Part shown: piece by piece, positions 50,897 to 64,000 of the stretch | Layout of the letters: each line of letters begins with the position of its first letter | Position numbering within the stretch: the stretch's first letter is position 1 | Assembly (NCBI GenBank): GCA_964016885.1 | Contig: OZ024740.1 | Coordinates: 145,948,001 to 146,012,000, forward strand | Length of the DNA: 64,000 nucleotides | Reading direction: 5' to 3' | Origin: Eledone cirrhosa | Lineage: Eukaryota | Notes under the pieces: generated by a model | Database searches by the model: none | What the model was told of the DNA's origin: nothing | What the model saw: the letters and a program-made list of their open reading frames with translations, nothing else | Translations under genes and position numbers: made by a program

Positions 50897-52946
50897 ATCA
50901 TCATCATCATCATCATCACCGTTTTACGTCCGTTCTTCCACGCTAGCATGGGTTAGACGGGTTGTCCTGTTGTGGGCAGTGTCTGGTCGGCTGACCATGC
51001 CTTGCTCATACAGGAACTGATCTGGCTTGATTTCTACAGCTGGATGCCCTTCCTAACACCAACCTCATTTACAGTGAGTGCTGGGTGCTTTTTCGTGGCG
51101 CCTACACGTCCACTTTACAGTGTGGGCTGGGTGCTTTTTTGCCGTGGCACCTCCACGACCACCTTGCGGTGGGGGGGGGGGGGGCATATTGTTTATATGC
51201 TTCAGCATGTACCCATGGGAGGTCGGGTACCCTGTATTACTGCGTGACGCCAGAAGTCACGGTCGTGTGTCATTGACTTTGAGAGGTGTAGTTGGGTAAG
51301 GTCGGCTTTTATCACCTCATCCCAAGTCATCTTGGGTCTCCCCACTCCGCGGTTTCCATCAACTTCTAGTGCTCTGCACCTTTTTATGCAGCTGTCATCC
51401 TTCATACGCATCACATGTCCATACCAGCGTAACCGCCTCTCCTGCACGCAGCATTTGATTCCTCTTATGCTCAGTCTCTCTCTCAATTCATTTATGCTTT
51501 GTCGTTCACGTATATTACTGTTACACATCCATCGGAGCATGCAGGCTTCGTTTCTCTCTAATCTACGTAAGTCTTCCACCTTCAGCGCCCAGGTCTCACT
51601 ACCATGCAACATCGCTGTTCGGATACACGCATCATACAGTCTGCCTTTCATTCTGAGGGAGAAGCCTTTTGCAGCTAGCAGTGGTAGTAGTTCCCTAAAC
51701 TTCTTCCATCCCGTTCTTACCCTAGTTATTGTACTTTCTGAGCACCCACCTCCGTTGCTAATTCGGTCACCTAGGTAGCAGAAGCTGTCTACTGTTTCTA
51801 CAGGGCCCTCCCAGAGATTGGTGGTACTTGTTTCCTGTGGCTGTTTGCTTGCTGTTTCAGCACAGCTGCTGCATGTGAATCCTACATTCTTAATTAAGCT
51901 TCCTGAGATCCCGCTACATCTCTTGTGTACCCATTGTTTGCATTTGGGGCAAAGAATGGAGTTCCTACCTACACCTTTCCTACATACTGAGCAAGGCCAT
52001 TTCCCTGAGGGGATCTGGGTTCTGTTTTCTCGTCTACTTATAAGGACCTTAGTCTTTGTCATGTTGACTTTGAGGCCCTTTCTCTCTAGTCCCTGCTTCC
52101 AGGTTTGGAATTTATTCTCTAGTTCTACCATAGATTCAGCTATGAGTGCGAGGTCATCAGCATACAGGAGTTCCCATGGGCATCCGGTCTTAAACTCCTC
52201 CGTTATTGCCTGCAGGACTATGATGAACAGGAGAGGGCTAAGAACAGAGCCCTGGTGGACCCCAACCTGTACGCTAAATTCCTCGCTATACTCATTGCCA
52301 ATCCTAACTTTGCTGACTGCTCCCCTATACATGGCTTGTACCGCTTTCACAAGCCATTCATCTACTCCTAGTTTTCTAAGAGCCCACCAGATTACTGCAC
52401 GTGGAACTCTGTCAAAGGCTTTCTCAAGGTCGACAAATGCCAAGTAGAGTGGCTTACTTTTAGCTAGGTACTTTTCCTGTAATTGCCTCACAAGGAAGAG
52501 CGCATCAGTGGTGCCTTTCCCTGGAACAAACCCAAATTGCATCTCGTCTATATTCACCCGGTCCCTAATCAGCTGTGCTATAACTCTTTCTGTTACTTTC
52601 ATGACCTGGTCCATCAACTTTATACCTCTATAGTTTCCTCTATCTAGTGCATCGCCTTTACCTTTGTAGCAGTTGACAATGATGCTACTGCACCAATCTT
52701 TTGGTATGGCCCCCTCTAGTATTACCTGGTTAACGATACGTGTGGTTATAGTGTGACCTACAGACCCAGATGCCTTCAGCATCTCGGCAGCTATACCCGA
52801 TGGACCGGTTGCCTTCCCTATCTTCATATCTCTGATTGCCTTACTTACTACGCTGCCGCTGACTTGTACTGCTGGTCCCTCTATAGGGTCTACGTGGGGT
52901 AGGGTCTCTTCTTCCCATGCATTCTCCTCATTTAGTAATCTATCAT
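50897..52946 (-). mobile_element. Young 5'-truncated RTE LINE with uninterrupted RT ORF (51202-52827)
   Basis: 541-aa ORF with the RT motifs (DLEKAFD, QGSVLSP, YADD), PHD-like finger, 3' UTR and (CAT)n. Confidence 0.95.
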
Positions 52947-53297
52947 GTATGTGTGTGTATATGTATTTGTGTGAGTGTATTATATATACTCAATGTACAA
53001 TTATAATCAGATAATTATTCATAACAAATTAATTTAAAAAAATGAAGTATTAGAAGTGAAAAAAGAACAAAACATAGTTATCATTAGAATATTTCTACAC
53101 CTATAATCACACAGTATATTTGTTGTAATAGGCAAAATCAAGATAATTGTTATTTTTTAAATGTGTATCGTGAATATATAATGAATGACTTTTGTTTGAA
53201 TGTGTCAAATAACATGTACATAATTTTTCTTTTTTCTGTTCCAGATAATTATTTACTGGAAATTTAAAATCTTAATGGATATTGTCAAACAAATGGA

Positions 53298-54578
53298 ATG
53301 ATGGAGGATGAAAGTCAACAAGACGTGCAGAATCTCCCACCTGGAAGATTTAATGACATTAGACTAAGGTTTGAACAAGCTAAACTCTCTCCACGGGTGG
53401 AGAATGAGAATAGTTCAAATGACAATGTCTTCTACAATACTACTCCTAATCCTAAACCTGCACCCAGATCAACAACAGTGATACCCCCACCAAAACCTAC
53501 AGTTAAGGTTAAAAAGTTGGAGCATGAAGAGAAATCTACTCCTCCTGTTGTTGTTCCACGTTTTAAGCGTGATTCACTTGTAAAAAATGAAAGCAACGAA
53601 GAAGCACAAAAAGAAATTGCTAATTCAGAAAGTAACTATCAACTTCGACCATTTGTACCAAATCACAAGAGAGGGTTCTCTGATTGTATTACCAGTCAAC
53701 ATAGTAATTCATTTGAACAAGAAACAAAACGAGAGATATCTGCAAATTTTGAATGTGAATACACTGATATTTCTAAAGATGCTTTGAACAGATTGAAAGG
53801 TTTGCAAACACCTAAAAAACCTGAAATTGCATCAAGACCCAGCTCTACTTTAAACAATCGAGACTGTCTTCCATATAGAAAAGTGTCTAGACATTCATCA
53901 GCAAGGGACTCTTCTAAAAAAGATTCTACTGTAAATAATTCACCATTATGCAGTGATGCAAAATCTTCTCAGGTTGACTCGATGGATAAAGAAAACACAG
54001 AAATTAAAATTCCTAAAATTCCACCAAAACCATTTAACCTTCCAAGTGGTACACCACCTAAAAAACCACCTCGGACTTATAAACACGATTTTCTTTTAAA
54101 ACATAAAGATTCCATTGTCGTTAAAGAAAATGAAATGTATGAAACAACAAACATTAATAAGATATCTAATCCCAAAACTGAAAATGCTCATAAAAGGCCA
54201 CCCCGTCCACCCCCACCACGGCCACCTGCTCCCAAATCTCCATTGTCAGATAAAGAAAAAGATAAGGGATTGAGGAACTCTCTAAAATCTGTGAACAGTA
54301 ATAGCTCAAAGCCCTCAGTTTCAAATTCTGTGATATCAGATGCAAACAATTCAAAATCTAACTGTAGCTTAAGGAGGTGTTTAAGTGTTGAAAGTATACA
54401 TCCTGATAACAAATCTAATTCTACTAATGCAATTTATTTAGAAACATCGAAATTTGACAGATCTCGTGATGATTTAGATGCTCTCAATAATGTTGAGGTG
54501 TATGTGGATGAAGAAGGTTATGCTGTACCTTACAAATTTTATATCAAGGACGCTCCAAACACAAGTAATACCAAAGAG
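53298..54578 (+). CDS. First coding exon of a host gene: Pro/Ser/Lys-rich disordered N-terminus with SH3-ligand motifs; possibly DENND2/ST5-like (tentative)
   Basis: Polypyrimidine tract plus CAG acceptor ending 53244; 427 codons to the GAG|GTAAGT donor at 54578/54579 (phase 0); PKKPPRTY and PPRPPPP motifs; the ORF beyond the donor is intronic. Confidence 0.85.
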
Positions 54579-54759
54579 GTAAGTAAATTCTCATATATCA
54601 TTATATTTTGTGTAAATTTTAAACCTCTTATTCTTGTTCTGTTATGTTCTCCTCCCCAAATATTTTACTTAATGATATTCTTTATTATAGACTTTTATGT
54701 AGCAAAATCATCTGAGCATCAAAGAAAATGCTTTGTGGTATTTAGTTATCACCCTTTAT

Positions 54760-55470
54760 GTTCCAATTTCAAATCCAATTGAATTCAACTTTGCTTTTTA
54801 TACTTCCAGGATCAATAAAATAAATTACCAATCATGTACTTCCTCTAAAACCTCTGAATTTTTTGTCAAGATTTGAAACATTTTAGAATTCAAATCTCTC
54901 GGGTTGAACCTTATTTTTATCTTTCTAGAGTTAATAAAACTAGCTTTTTATTAACTATTTTACTATCTCCCTTTACCTTCTGAGTTCGAATCCTGCTGTG
55001 TGGAGAAGTCAACTTTGCCTCTCAAGCATTTGGAGTCAATTTAATAAACTGAACTCTTCCCCGCAAATTTGCGACTTTTTGTCTGTTAGAAATTATTATT
55101 ATTACTTTCCAACTTTTATAAATGGCAAAGCACTAGACTTTATTTATGGTGTCTGTTTTGATGCCTCCTTCCACTCCACCAATGTCAATAATATACTGGA
55201 TTTTAATACAATGGCTATACTGTTTGCGGATTGCCTAAATTAGAAATCATTATTATTGTTAAGAGCGGGGGATTGGCAATATCAGTAAAATGTCGGACAA
55301 CATGCTTTGTGGCATATTGTCATGGCCTTTTACATTCTGAGTTAAAATACCAACAAGGTTAGCTTTACCTTTCATCTTTATGGAGTTGATAAAATAAAGT
55401 ACCTGTAATGCACTGGGTTCAATTTAATCAACTTTCCTCTCCCCCCAAAATTGTTGACCTTGTGCTTTAA
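54760..55470 (+). mobile_element. Cluster of SINE family A copies
   Basis: Repeated ttctgagtt..aa...aactttgc..ttcatc...ataaaataaag motifs; best copy 55262-55465. Confidence 0.7.
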
Positions 55471-56824
55471 TGGTCAGGGTGACTAGCTTTTGGAAGTCTC
55501 CCCTCTGTTGGGTAATATGTTTTATTTTATTTATGAATCACACTATGTTAGTGCTACTGCTAATCTTGGATACCTGTTTACAAAAGAGATGGCTTTCTCT
55601 CAAATACATGTCCACATTCTTCTAAGTTCTCTGCTCAAGTTCACATATTTTTCAATCTTTTCCTGTTTCTTTTGCTTTAACTCTGTTATCATAAGGTTTA
55701 GATTAAATCTATGATTTTTACATACTTTTTTGTTTTTTCTCTTTATTATAATCATATCTTTCACAAACAAATCTCACAGTATCTTACAATAGATATTTCA
55801 ATAAAAGCTTCTAGCTGGTGCATCCATACTTCCTATTAACCTGTCAGTATATATTTTCCTTTAACCTGTCATGTCTCTCTTTTCTTTTATCAGTTCCATC
55901 TTGTTACATTCAAATGTTATATGGTTGATACTGTCACATCTTTTACACACCTATCATTATGTGTTCTAGTCACTTTTACAGTCATGATCAAGCTTACTCT
56001 TCCGCTCTGTATTCCTCTATTTTTAAATCAAGGTCACTGTCCCCTTCCAGCTATAGCTGACAAATGAAAGAAATCCCGTATTTTATTCAACAAATTTCAG
56101 TTGAATTATATTATATTTGCATTAAAAAAAAAAGTTGAATAGTAAAAGAAAGGGGGAAGGGAACAACAGACTCTATGCGGTATATCTCGACTGTGCTTTG
56201 CAGCAATACCCACTGCATTCGCCTCTCCACCTCACAGGGTCTCCTTTCTCAGTGGGATGCACTCATTCTAATTTTGTGGAGGAAAACAGCAGCTTAGGGA
56301 CCATGGGCACCAAAGGTCTCAACAATGACCCCAGCACAAAAAGGAAACTGTCAGTCAAGTCCCGGTATTTAGTTATCTTCCCCACCTTCACATTACAGTG
56401 TTCAGATCTGTAGCCAAAACAACAAAGTTGGCGGTGGAGAACATGTCAATTTTTTCTTTCTTACTTTTCAATCCTTTTGTTTGTAATACTTCTCTGTTTT
56501 TAAGTATTCTTTGTTGATCTTCACTTCACATTTTCTCACATATTTATTTCTATAATTCTATACTTGTCCTATGTTTGTTATATTATAAATCCACCCACAC
56601 TACTGTTTTGTATGTACATTACTAACAGTTTTTGTGTCTATCCTTGTTATCAAGTTCATTTTCTTTGTCTACTGAAGAAGGTTTACTGAATAGCTCAATA
56701 TTAGTATTATTATTCATATGTTTAGTTCTTTAATTTTGTTGTACTCTTCAACTTATTCCATTAATACTTTTGGCTTGATGACACTTTTGTTTGCCCTTTT
56801 ATAGTTATTATTATTAATGTATCA

Positions 56825-57205
56825 CTGGCAGAATAAGGAGAGCATCAGACAAAATGTCTTGTTGCACCCCATTATGTTTTGAGTTCAAATCCTTCTGAGG
56901 TTGACTTTCTCTTTGATCTTTCAGGTAAGTAGAAGCCAAGTACTGAAGTTGATTTAACCCTTTAGCATTGAAACCGGCTGTATCTAGCCAGCATTCTCTT
57001 CTTTTCAAACTAGCCGTAACTGGCCACCCATAGTGATGTTAAGGTATTGTTCTCAAAATAAATAATTGTTTCTACTTTTGGCAGAAAACCAACAATTATC
57101 CTAGTGCATTACTGGTACTTTATTTTAGCGACCCCCGTAAGGAGGAAAGGCAAAGTTAACCTCGGCGGGATTTAAACTCAGACTGTAAAGGGGCGTAACT
57201 ATGTT
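56825..57205. mobile_element. SINE A (+), partial TTAA MITE (56953-57065) and SINE A (-)
   Basis: Homologous to 5057-5245 and 4695-4800. Confidence 0.7.
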
Positions 57206-57257
57206 GTTCGGTGATGATTATATTTTGTGTATGGTGTGTGATTGGTGCAATGTGATT

Positions 57258-60200
57258 CAGTAGTATTACTGGGTTATAGCTGTGTAGGATATATATAGTA
57301 TGTGGTTTGTGTAGTATTACTGGGTTATAGCTGTGTACGATATGTGGTTTGTGTAGTATTACTGGGTTGTAGCTGTGTAGGATATATATAGTATGTGGTT
57401 TGTGTAGTATTACTGGGTTATAGCTGTGTACGATATGTGGTTTGTGTAGTATTACTGGGTTGTAGCTGTGTAGGATATATATAGTATGTGGTTTGTGTAG
57501 TATTACTGTGTTGTAGCTGTGTAGGATATATATAGTATGTGGTTTGTGTAGTATTACTGGGTTGTAGCTGTGTAGGATATGTGTAGTATGTGGTTTGTGT
57601 AGTATTACTGGGTTATAGCTGTGTAGGATATATATAGTATGTGGTTTGTGTAGTATTACTGGGTTGTAGCTGTGTAGGATATATATAGTATGTGGTTTCT
57701 GTAGTATTACTAGGTTATAGCTGTGTAGGATATATATAGTATGTGGTTTGTGTAGTATTACTGGGTTATAGCTGTGTAGGATATATATAGTATGTGGTTT
57801 GTGTAGTATTACTGGGTTATAGCTGTGTAGGATATATATAGTATGTGGTTTGTGTAGTATTACTGGGTTGTAGCTGTGTAGGATATATATAGTATGTGGT
57901 TTGTGTAGTATTACTGGGTTATAGCTGTGTAGGATATATATAGTATGTGGTTTGTGTAGTATTACTAGGTTGTAGCTGTGTAGGATATATATAGTATGTG
58001 GTTTGTGTAGTATTACTGGCTTGTAGCTGTGTAGGATATATATAGTATGTGGTTTGTGTAGTATTACTGGGTTGTAGCTGTGTAGGATATATATAGTATG
58101 TGGTTTGTGTAGTATTACTGGGTTATAGCTGTGTAGGATATATATAGTATGTGGTTTGTGTAGTATTACTGGGTTATAGCTGTGTAGGATATATATAGTA
58201 TGTGGTTTGTGTAGTATTACTGGGTTATAGCTGTGTAGGATATATATAGTATGTGGTTTGTGTAGTATTACTGGGTTATAGCTGTGTAGGATATATATAG
58301 TATGTGGTTTGTGTAGTATTACTGGGTTATAGCTGTGTAGGATATATATAGTATGTGGTTTGTGTAGTATTACTGGGTTATAGCTGTGTAGGATATATAT
58401 AGTATGTGGTTTGTGTAGTATTACTGGGTTATAGCTGTGTAGGATATATATAGTATGTGGTTTGTGTAGTATTACTGGGTTATAGCTGTGTAGGATATAT
58501 ATAGTATGTGGTTTGTGTAGTATTACTGGGTTATAGCTGTGTAGGATATATATAGTATGTGGTTTGTGTAGTATTACTGGGTTATAGCTGTGTACGATAT
58601 ATATAGTATGTGGTTTGTGTAGTATTACTGGGTTGTAGCTGTGTAGGATATATATAGTATGTGGTTTGTGTAGTATTACTGGGTTGTAGCTGTGTAGGAT
58701 ATGTGTAGTATGTGGTTTGTGTAGTATTACTGGGTTGTAGCTGTGTAGGATATATATAGTATGTGGTTTGTGTAGTATTACTGGGTTGTAGATGTGTAGG
58801 ATATGTGTAGTATGTGGTTTGTGTAGTATTACTGGGTTATAGCTGTGTAGGATATATATAGTATGTGGTTTGTGTAGTATTACTGGGTTATAGCTGTGTA
58901 GGATATATATAGTATGTGGTTTGTGTAGTATTACTGGGTTGTAGCTGTGTAGGATATGTGGTTTGTGTAGTATTACTGGGTTGTAGCTGTGTAGGATATA
59001 TATAGTATGTGGTTTGTGTAGTATTACGGGGTTGTAGCTGTGTAGGATATATATAGTATGTGGTTTGTGTAGTATTACTGGGTTATAGCTGTGTAGGATA
59101 TATATAGTATGTGGTTTGTGTAGTATTACTGGGTTGTAGCTGTGTAGGATATATATAGTATGTGGTTTGTGTAGTATTACTAGGTTGTAGCTGTGTAGGA
59201 TATATATAGTATGTGGTTTGTGTAGTATTACTGGGTTGTAGCTGTGTACGATATATATAGTATGTGGTTTGTGTAGTATTACTGTGTTGTAGCTGTGTAG
59301 GATATATATAGTATGTGGTTTGTGTAGTATTACTGGGTTGTAGCTGTGTAGGATATATATATAGTATGTGGTTTGTGTAGTATTACTGGGTTGTAGCTGT
59401 GTAGGATATATATATAGTATGTGGTTTGTGTAGTATTACTGGGTTGTAGCTGTGTAGGATATGTGTAGTATGTGGTTTGTGTAGTATTACTGGGTTATAG
59501 CTGTGTAGGATATATATAGTATGTGGTTTGTGTAGTATTACTAGGTTGTAGCTGTGTAGGATATATATAGTATGTGGTTTGTGTAGTATTACTGGGTTGT
59601 AGCTGTGTAGGATATGTGTAGTATGTGGTTTGTGTAGTATTACTGGGTTGTCGCTGTGTAGGATATATATAGTATGTGGTTTGTGTAGTATTACTGGGTT
59701 ATAGCTGTGTAGGATATATATAGTATGTGGTTTGTGTAGTATTACTGGGTTGTAGCTGTGTAGGATATATATAGTATGTGGTTTGTGTAGTATTACTGGG
59801 TTGTAGCTGTGTAGGATATGTGTAGTATGTGGTTTGTGTAGTATTACTGGGTTGTAGCTGTGTAGGATATATATAGTATGTGGTTTGTGTAGTATTACTG
59901 GCTTGTAGCTGTGTAGGATATATATAGTATGTGGTTTGTGTAGTATTACTGGGTTGTAGCTGTGTAGGATATGTGTAGTATGTGGTTTGTGTAGTATTAC
60001 TGGGTTATAGCTGTGTAGGATATATATAGTATGTGGTTTGTGTAGTATTACTGGGTTGTAGCTGTGTAGGATATATATAGTATGTGGTTTGTGTAGTATT
60101 ACTGGGTTGTAGCTGTGTAGGATATATATAGTATGTGGTTTGTGTAGTATTACTGGGTTGTAGCTGTGTAGGATATGTGTAGTATGTGGTTTGTGTAGTA

Positions 60201-63200
60201 TTACTAGGTTTTAGCTGTGTAGGATATATATAGTATGTGGTTTGTGTAGTATTACTGGGTTGTAGCTGTGTAGGATATGTGTAGTATGTGGTTTGTGTAG
60301 TATTACTGGGTTATAGCTGTGTAGGATATATATAGTATGTGGTTTGTGTAGTATTACTGGGTTGTAGCTGTGTAGGATATGTGTAGTATGTTGTTTGTGT
60401 AGTATTACTGGGTTATAGCTGTGTAGGATATATATAGTATGTGGTTTGTGTAGTATTACTGGGTTGTAGCTGTGTAGGATATATATAGTATGTGGTTTGT
60501 GTAGTATTACTGGGTTGTAGCTGTGTAGGATATGTGTAGTATGTGGTTTGTGTAGTATTACTGGGTTATAGCTGTGTAGGATATATATAGTATGTGGTTT
60601 GTTTAGTATTACTGGGTTGTAGCTGTGTAGGATATATATAGTATGTGGTTTGTGTAGTATTACTGGGTTATAGCTGTGTAGGATATATATAGTATGTGGT
60701 TTGTTTAGTATTACTGGGTTGTAGCTGTGTAGGATATATATAGTATGTGGTTTGTGTAGTATTACTGGGTTATAGCTGTGTAGGATATATATAGAATGTG
60801 GTTTGTGTAGTATTACTGGCTTGTAGCTGTGTAGGATATATATAGTATGTGGTTTGTGTAGTATTACTGGGTTGTAGCTGTGTAGGATATGTGTAGTATG
60901 TGGTTTGTGTAGTATTACTGGGTTATAGCTGTGTAGGATATATATAGTATGTGGTTTGTGTAGTATTACTGGGTTATAGCTGTGTAGGATATATATAGTA
61001 TGTGGTTTGTGTAGTATTACTGGCTTGTAGCTGTGTAGGATATATATAGTATGTGGTTTGTGTAGTATTACTGGGTTGTAGCTGTGTAGGATATGTGTAG
61101 TATGTGGTTTGTGTAGTATTACTGGGTTATAGCTGTGTAGGATATATATAGTATGTGGTTTGTGTAGTATTACTGGGTTATAGCTGTGTAGGATATATAT
61201 AGTATGTGGTTTGTGTAGTATTACTGGGTTGTAGCTGTGTAGGATATATATAGTATGTGGTTTGTGTAGTATTACTGGGTTGTAGCTGTGTAGGATATGT
61301 GTAGTATGTGGTTTGTGTAGTATTACTGGGTTGTAGCTGTGTAGGATATATATAGTATGAGGTTTGTGTAGTATTACTGGGTTGTAGCTGTGTAGGATAT
61401 ATATAGTATGTGGTTTGTGTAGTATTACTGGGTTATAGCTGTGTAGGATATATATAGTATGTGGTTTGTGTAGTATTACTGGGTTGTAGCTGTGTAGGAT
61501 ATATATAGTATGTGGTTTGTGTAGTATTACTGGGTTATAGCTGTGTAGGATATATATAGTATGTGGTTTGTGTAGTATTACTAGGTTGTAGCTGTGTAGG
61601 ATATATATATAGTATGTGGTTTGTGTAGTATTACTGGGTAATAGCTATGTAGGATATATATAGTATGTGGTTTGTGTAGTATTACTGGGTTATAGCTGTG
61701 TAGGATATATATAGTATGTGGTTTGTGTAGTATTACTGGGTTGTAGCTGTGTAGGATATATATAGTATGTGGTTTGTGTAGTATTACTGGGTTATAGCTG
61801 TGTAGGATATATATAGTATGTGGTTTGTGTAGTATTACTGGGTTATAGCTGTGTACGATATATATAGTATGTGGTTTGTGTAGTATTACTAGGTTGTAGC
61901 TGTGTAGGATATATATATAGTATGTGGTTTGTGTAGTATTACTGGGTTGTAGCTGTGTAGGATATATATAGTATGTGGTTTGTGTAGTATTACTGGGTTG
62001 TAGCTGTGTAGGATATATATATAGTATGTGGTTTGTGTAGTATTACTGGGTTGTAGCTGTGTAGGATATATATAGTATGTGGTTTGTGTAGTATTACTGG
62101 GTTGTAGCTGTGTAGGATATATATATAGTATGTGGTTTGTGTAGTATTACTGGGTTGTAGCTGTGTAGGATATATATAGTATGTGGTTTGTGTAGTATTA
62201 CTGGGTTGTAGCTGTGTAGGATATGTGTAGTATGTGGTTTGTGTAGTATTACTGGGTTGTAGCTGTGTAGGATATATATAGTATGTGGTTTGTGTAGTAT
62301 TACTGTGTTGTAGCTGTGTAGGATATATATAGTATGTGGTTTGTGTAGTATTACTGGGTTATAGCTGTGTAGGATATATATATAGTATGTGGTTTGTGTA
62401 GTATTACTGGGTTATAGCTGTGTAGGATATATATAGTATGTGGTTTGTGTAGTATTACTAGGTTGTAGCTGTGTAGGATATATATATAGTATGTGGTTTG
62501 TGTAGTATTACTGGGTAATAGCTGTGTAGGATATATATAGTATGTGGTTTGTGTAGTATTACTGGGTTATAGCTGTGTAGGATATATATAGTATGTGGTT
62601 TGTGTAGTATTACTGGGTTGTAGCTGTGTAGGATATATATAGTATGTGGTTTGTGTAGTATTACTGGGTTATAGCTGTGTAGGATATATATAGTATGTGG
62701 TTTGTGTAGTATTACTGGGTTGTAGCTGTGTAGGATATATATAGTATGTGGTTTGTGTAGTATTACTGGGTTGTAGCTGTGTAGGATATATATAGTATGT
62801 GGTTTCTGTAGTATTACTGGCTTGTAGCTGTGTAGGATATATATAGTATGTGGTTTGTGTTGTATTACTGGGTTATAGCTGTGTAGGATATATATAGTAT
62901 GTGGTTTGTGTAGTATTACTGGGTTGTAGCTGTGTAGGATATATATAGTATGTGGTTTGTGTAGTATTACTGGGTTGTAGCTGTGTAGGATATATATAGT
63001 ATGTGGTTTGTGTAGTATTACTAGGTTGTAGCTGTGTAGGATATATATATAGTATGTGGTTTGTGTAGTATTACTGGGTTGTAGCTGTGTAGGATATATA
63101 TAGTATGTGGTTTGTGTAGTATTACTGGGTTGTAGCTGTGTAGGATATATATATAGTATGTGGTTTGTGTAGTATTACTGGGTTGTAGCTGTGTAGGATA

Positions 63201-64000
63201 TATATAGTATGTGGTTTGTGTAGTATTACTGGGTTGTAGCTGTGTAGGATATATATATAGTATGTGGTTTGTGTAGTATTACTGGGTTGTAGCTGTGTAG
63301 GATATGTGTAGTATGTGGTTTGTGTAGTATTACTGGGTTGTAGCTGTGTAGGATATATATAGTATGTGGTTTGTGTAGTATTACTGTGTTGTAGCTGTGT
63401 AGGATATATATAGTATGTGGTTTGTGTAGTATTACTGGGTTATAGCTGTGTAGGATATATATATAGTATGTGGTTTGTGTAGTATTACTGGGTTATAGCT
63501 GTGTAGGATATATATAGTATGTGGTTTGTGTAGTATTACTAGGTTGTAGCTGTGTAGGATATATATATAGTATGTGGTTTGTGTAGTATTACTGGGTAAT
63601 AGCTGTGTAGGATATATATAGTATGTGGTTTGTGTAGTATTACTGGGTTATAGCTGTGTAGGATATATATAGTATGTGGTTTGTGTAGTATTACTGGGTT
63701 GTAGCTGTGTAGGATATATATAGTATGTGGTTTGTGTAGTATTACTGGGTTATAGCTGTGTAGGATATATATAGTATGTGGTTTGTGTAGTATTACTGGG
63801 TTGTAGCTGTGTAGGATATATATAGTATGTGGTTTGTGTAGTATTACTGGGTTGTAGCTGTGTAGGATATATATAGTATGTGGTTTCTGTAGTATTACTG
63901 GGTTGTAGCTGTGTAGGATATATATAGTATGTGGTTTGTGTAGTATTACTGGGTTGTAGCTGTGTAGGATATATATATAGTATGTGGTTTGTGTAGTATT
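57258..64000. repeat. 51-bp minisatellite/satellite array, ~130 units, running off the window end
   Basis: Unit GTAGTATTACTGGGTT(A/G)TAGCTGTGTAGGATATATATAGTATGTGGTTTGT; 39-bp and 53-bp variants. Confidence 0.98.

Noticed and set aside
51332-52447. Antisense ORFs over RTE copies (also at 15059, 21436, 26952)
   Set aside because: Shadow frames of the RT ORF with no independent evidence
54579-54782. Hydrophobic C-terminus of the 494-aa ORF as a transmembrane segment
   Set aside because: It lies after a strong GTAAGT donor in T-rich intron sequence
56135-56700. Possible PLE C-terminus (LGTMGTKGLN) and decayed HHR at ~56672
   Set aside because: Too degenerate to support without an alignment
57258-64000. 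CRISPR array or repetitive coding region
   Set aside because: No unique spacers and no cas genes. One minus frame is stop-free per unit (KPHTIYILHSYNPVILH), but it has no start and is broken by 2-bp indels.

Overview
AT-rich, repeat-dominated animal DNA. It is probably octopus or another coleoid, inferred from the SINE types, RTE LINEs with (CAT)n tails and abundant (TA)n. Only one convincing host coding exon is present (53245-54578, +, Pro/Ser-rich disordered protein N-terminus). The rest is RTE LINE copies carrying a PHD-like finger inside the RT C-terminus, CR1/L2-like and CRE-like LINE remnants, a mariner, Helitrons, MITEs, tRNA-derived SINEs, two Penelope-like elements (PLEs) and a 51-bp satellite from ~57258 to the end. 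The most notable signal is a dense set of type I hammerhead ribozyme (HHR) motifs at about ten loci. They occur in PLE pseudo-LTRs, in hairpin-plus-tail insertions inside (TA)n, and in a non-coding 326-463 bp family with terminally redundant, circularly permuted monomers that looks like a circular-RNA retrozyme. All calls were made by eye with no database searches, so boundaries are approximate unless motif-defined.
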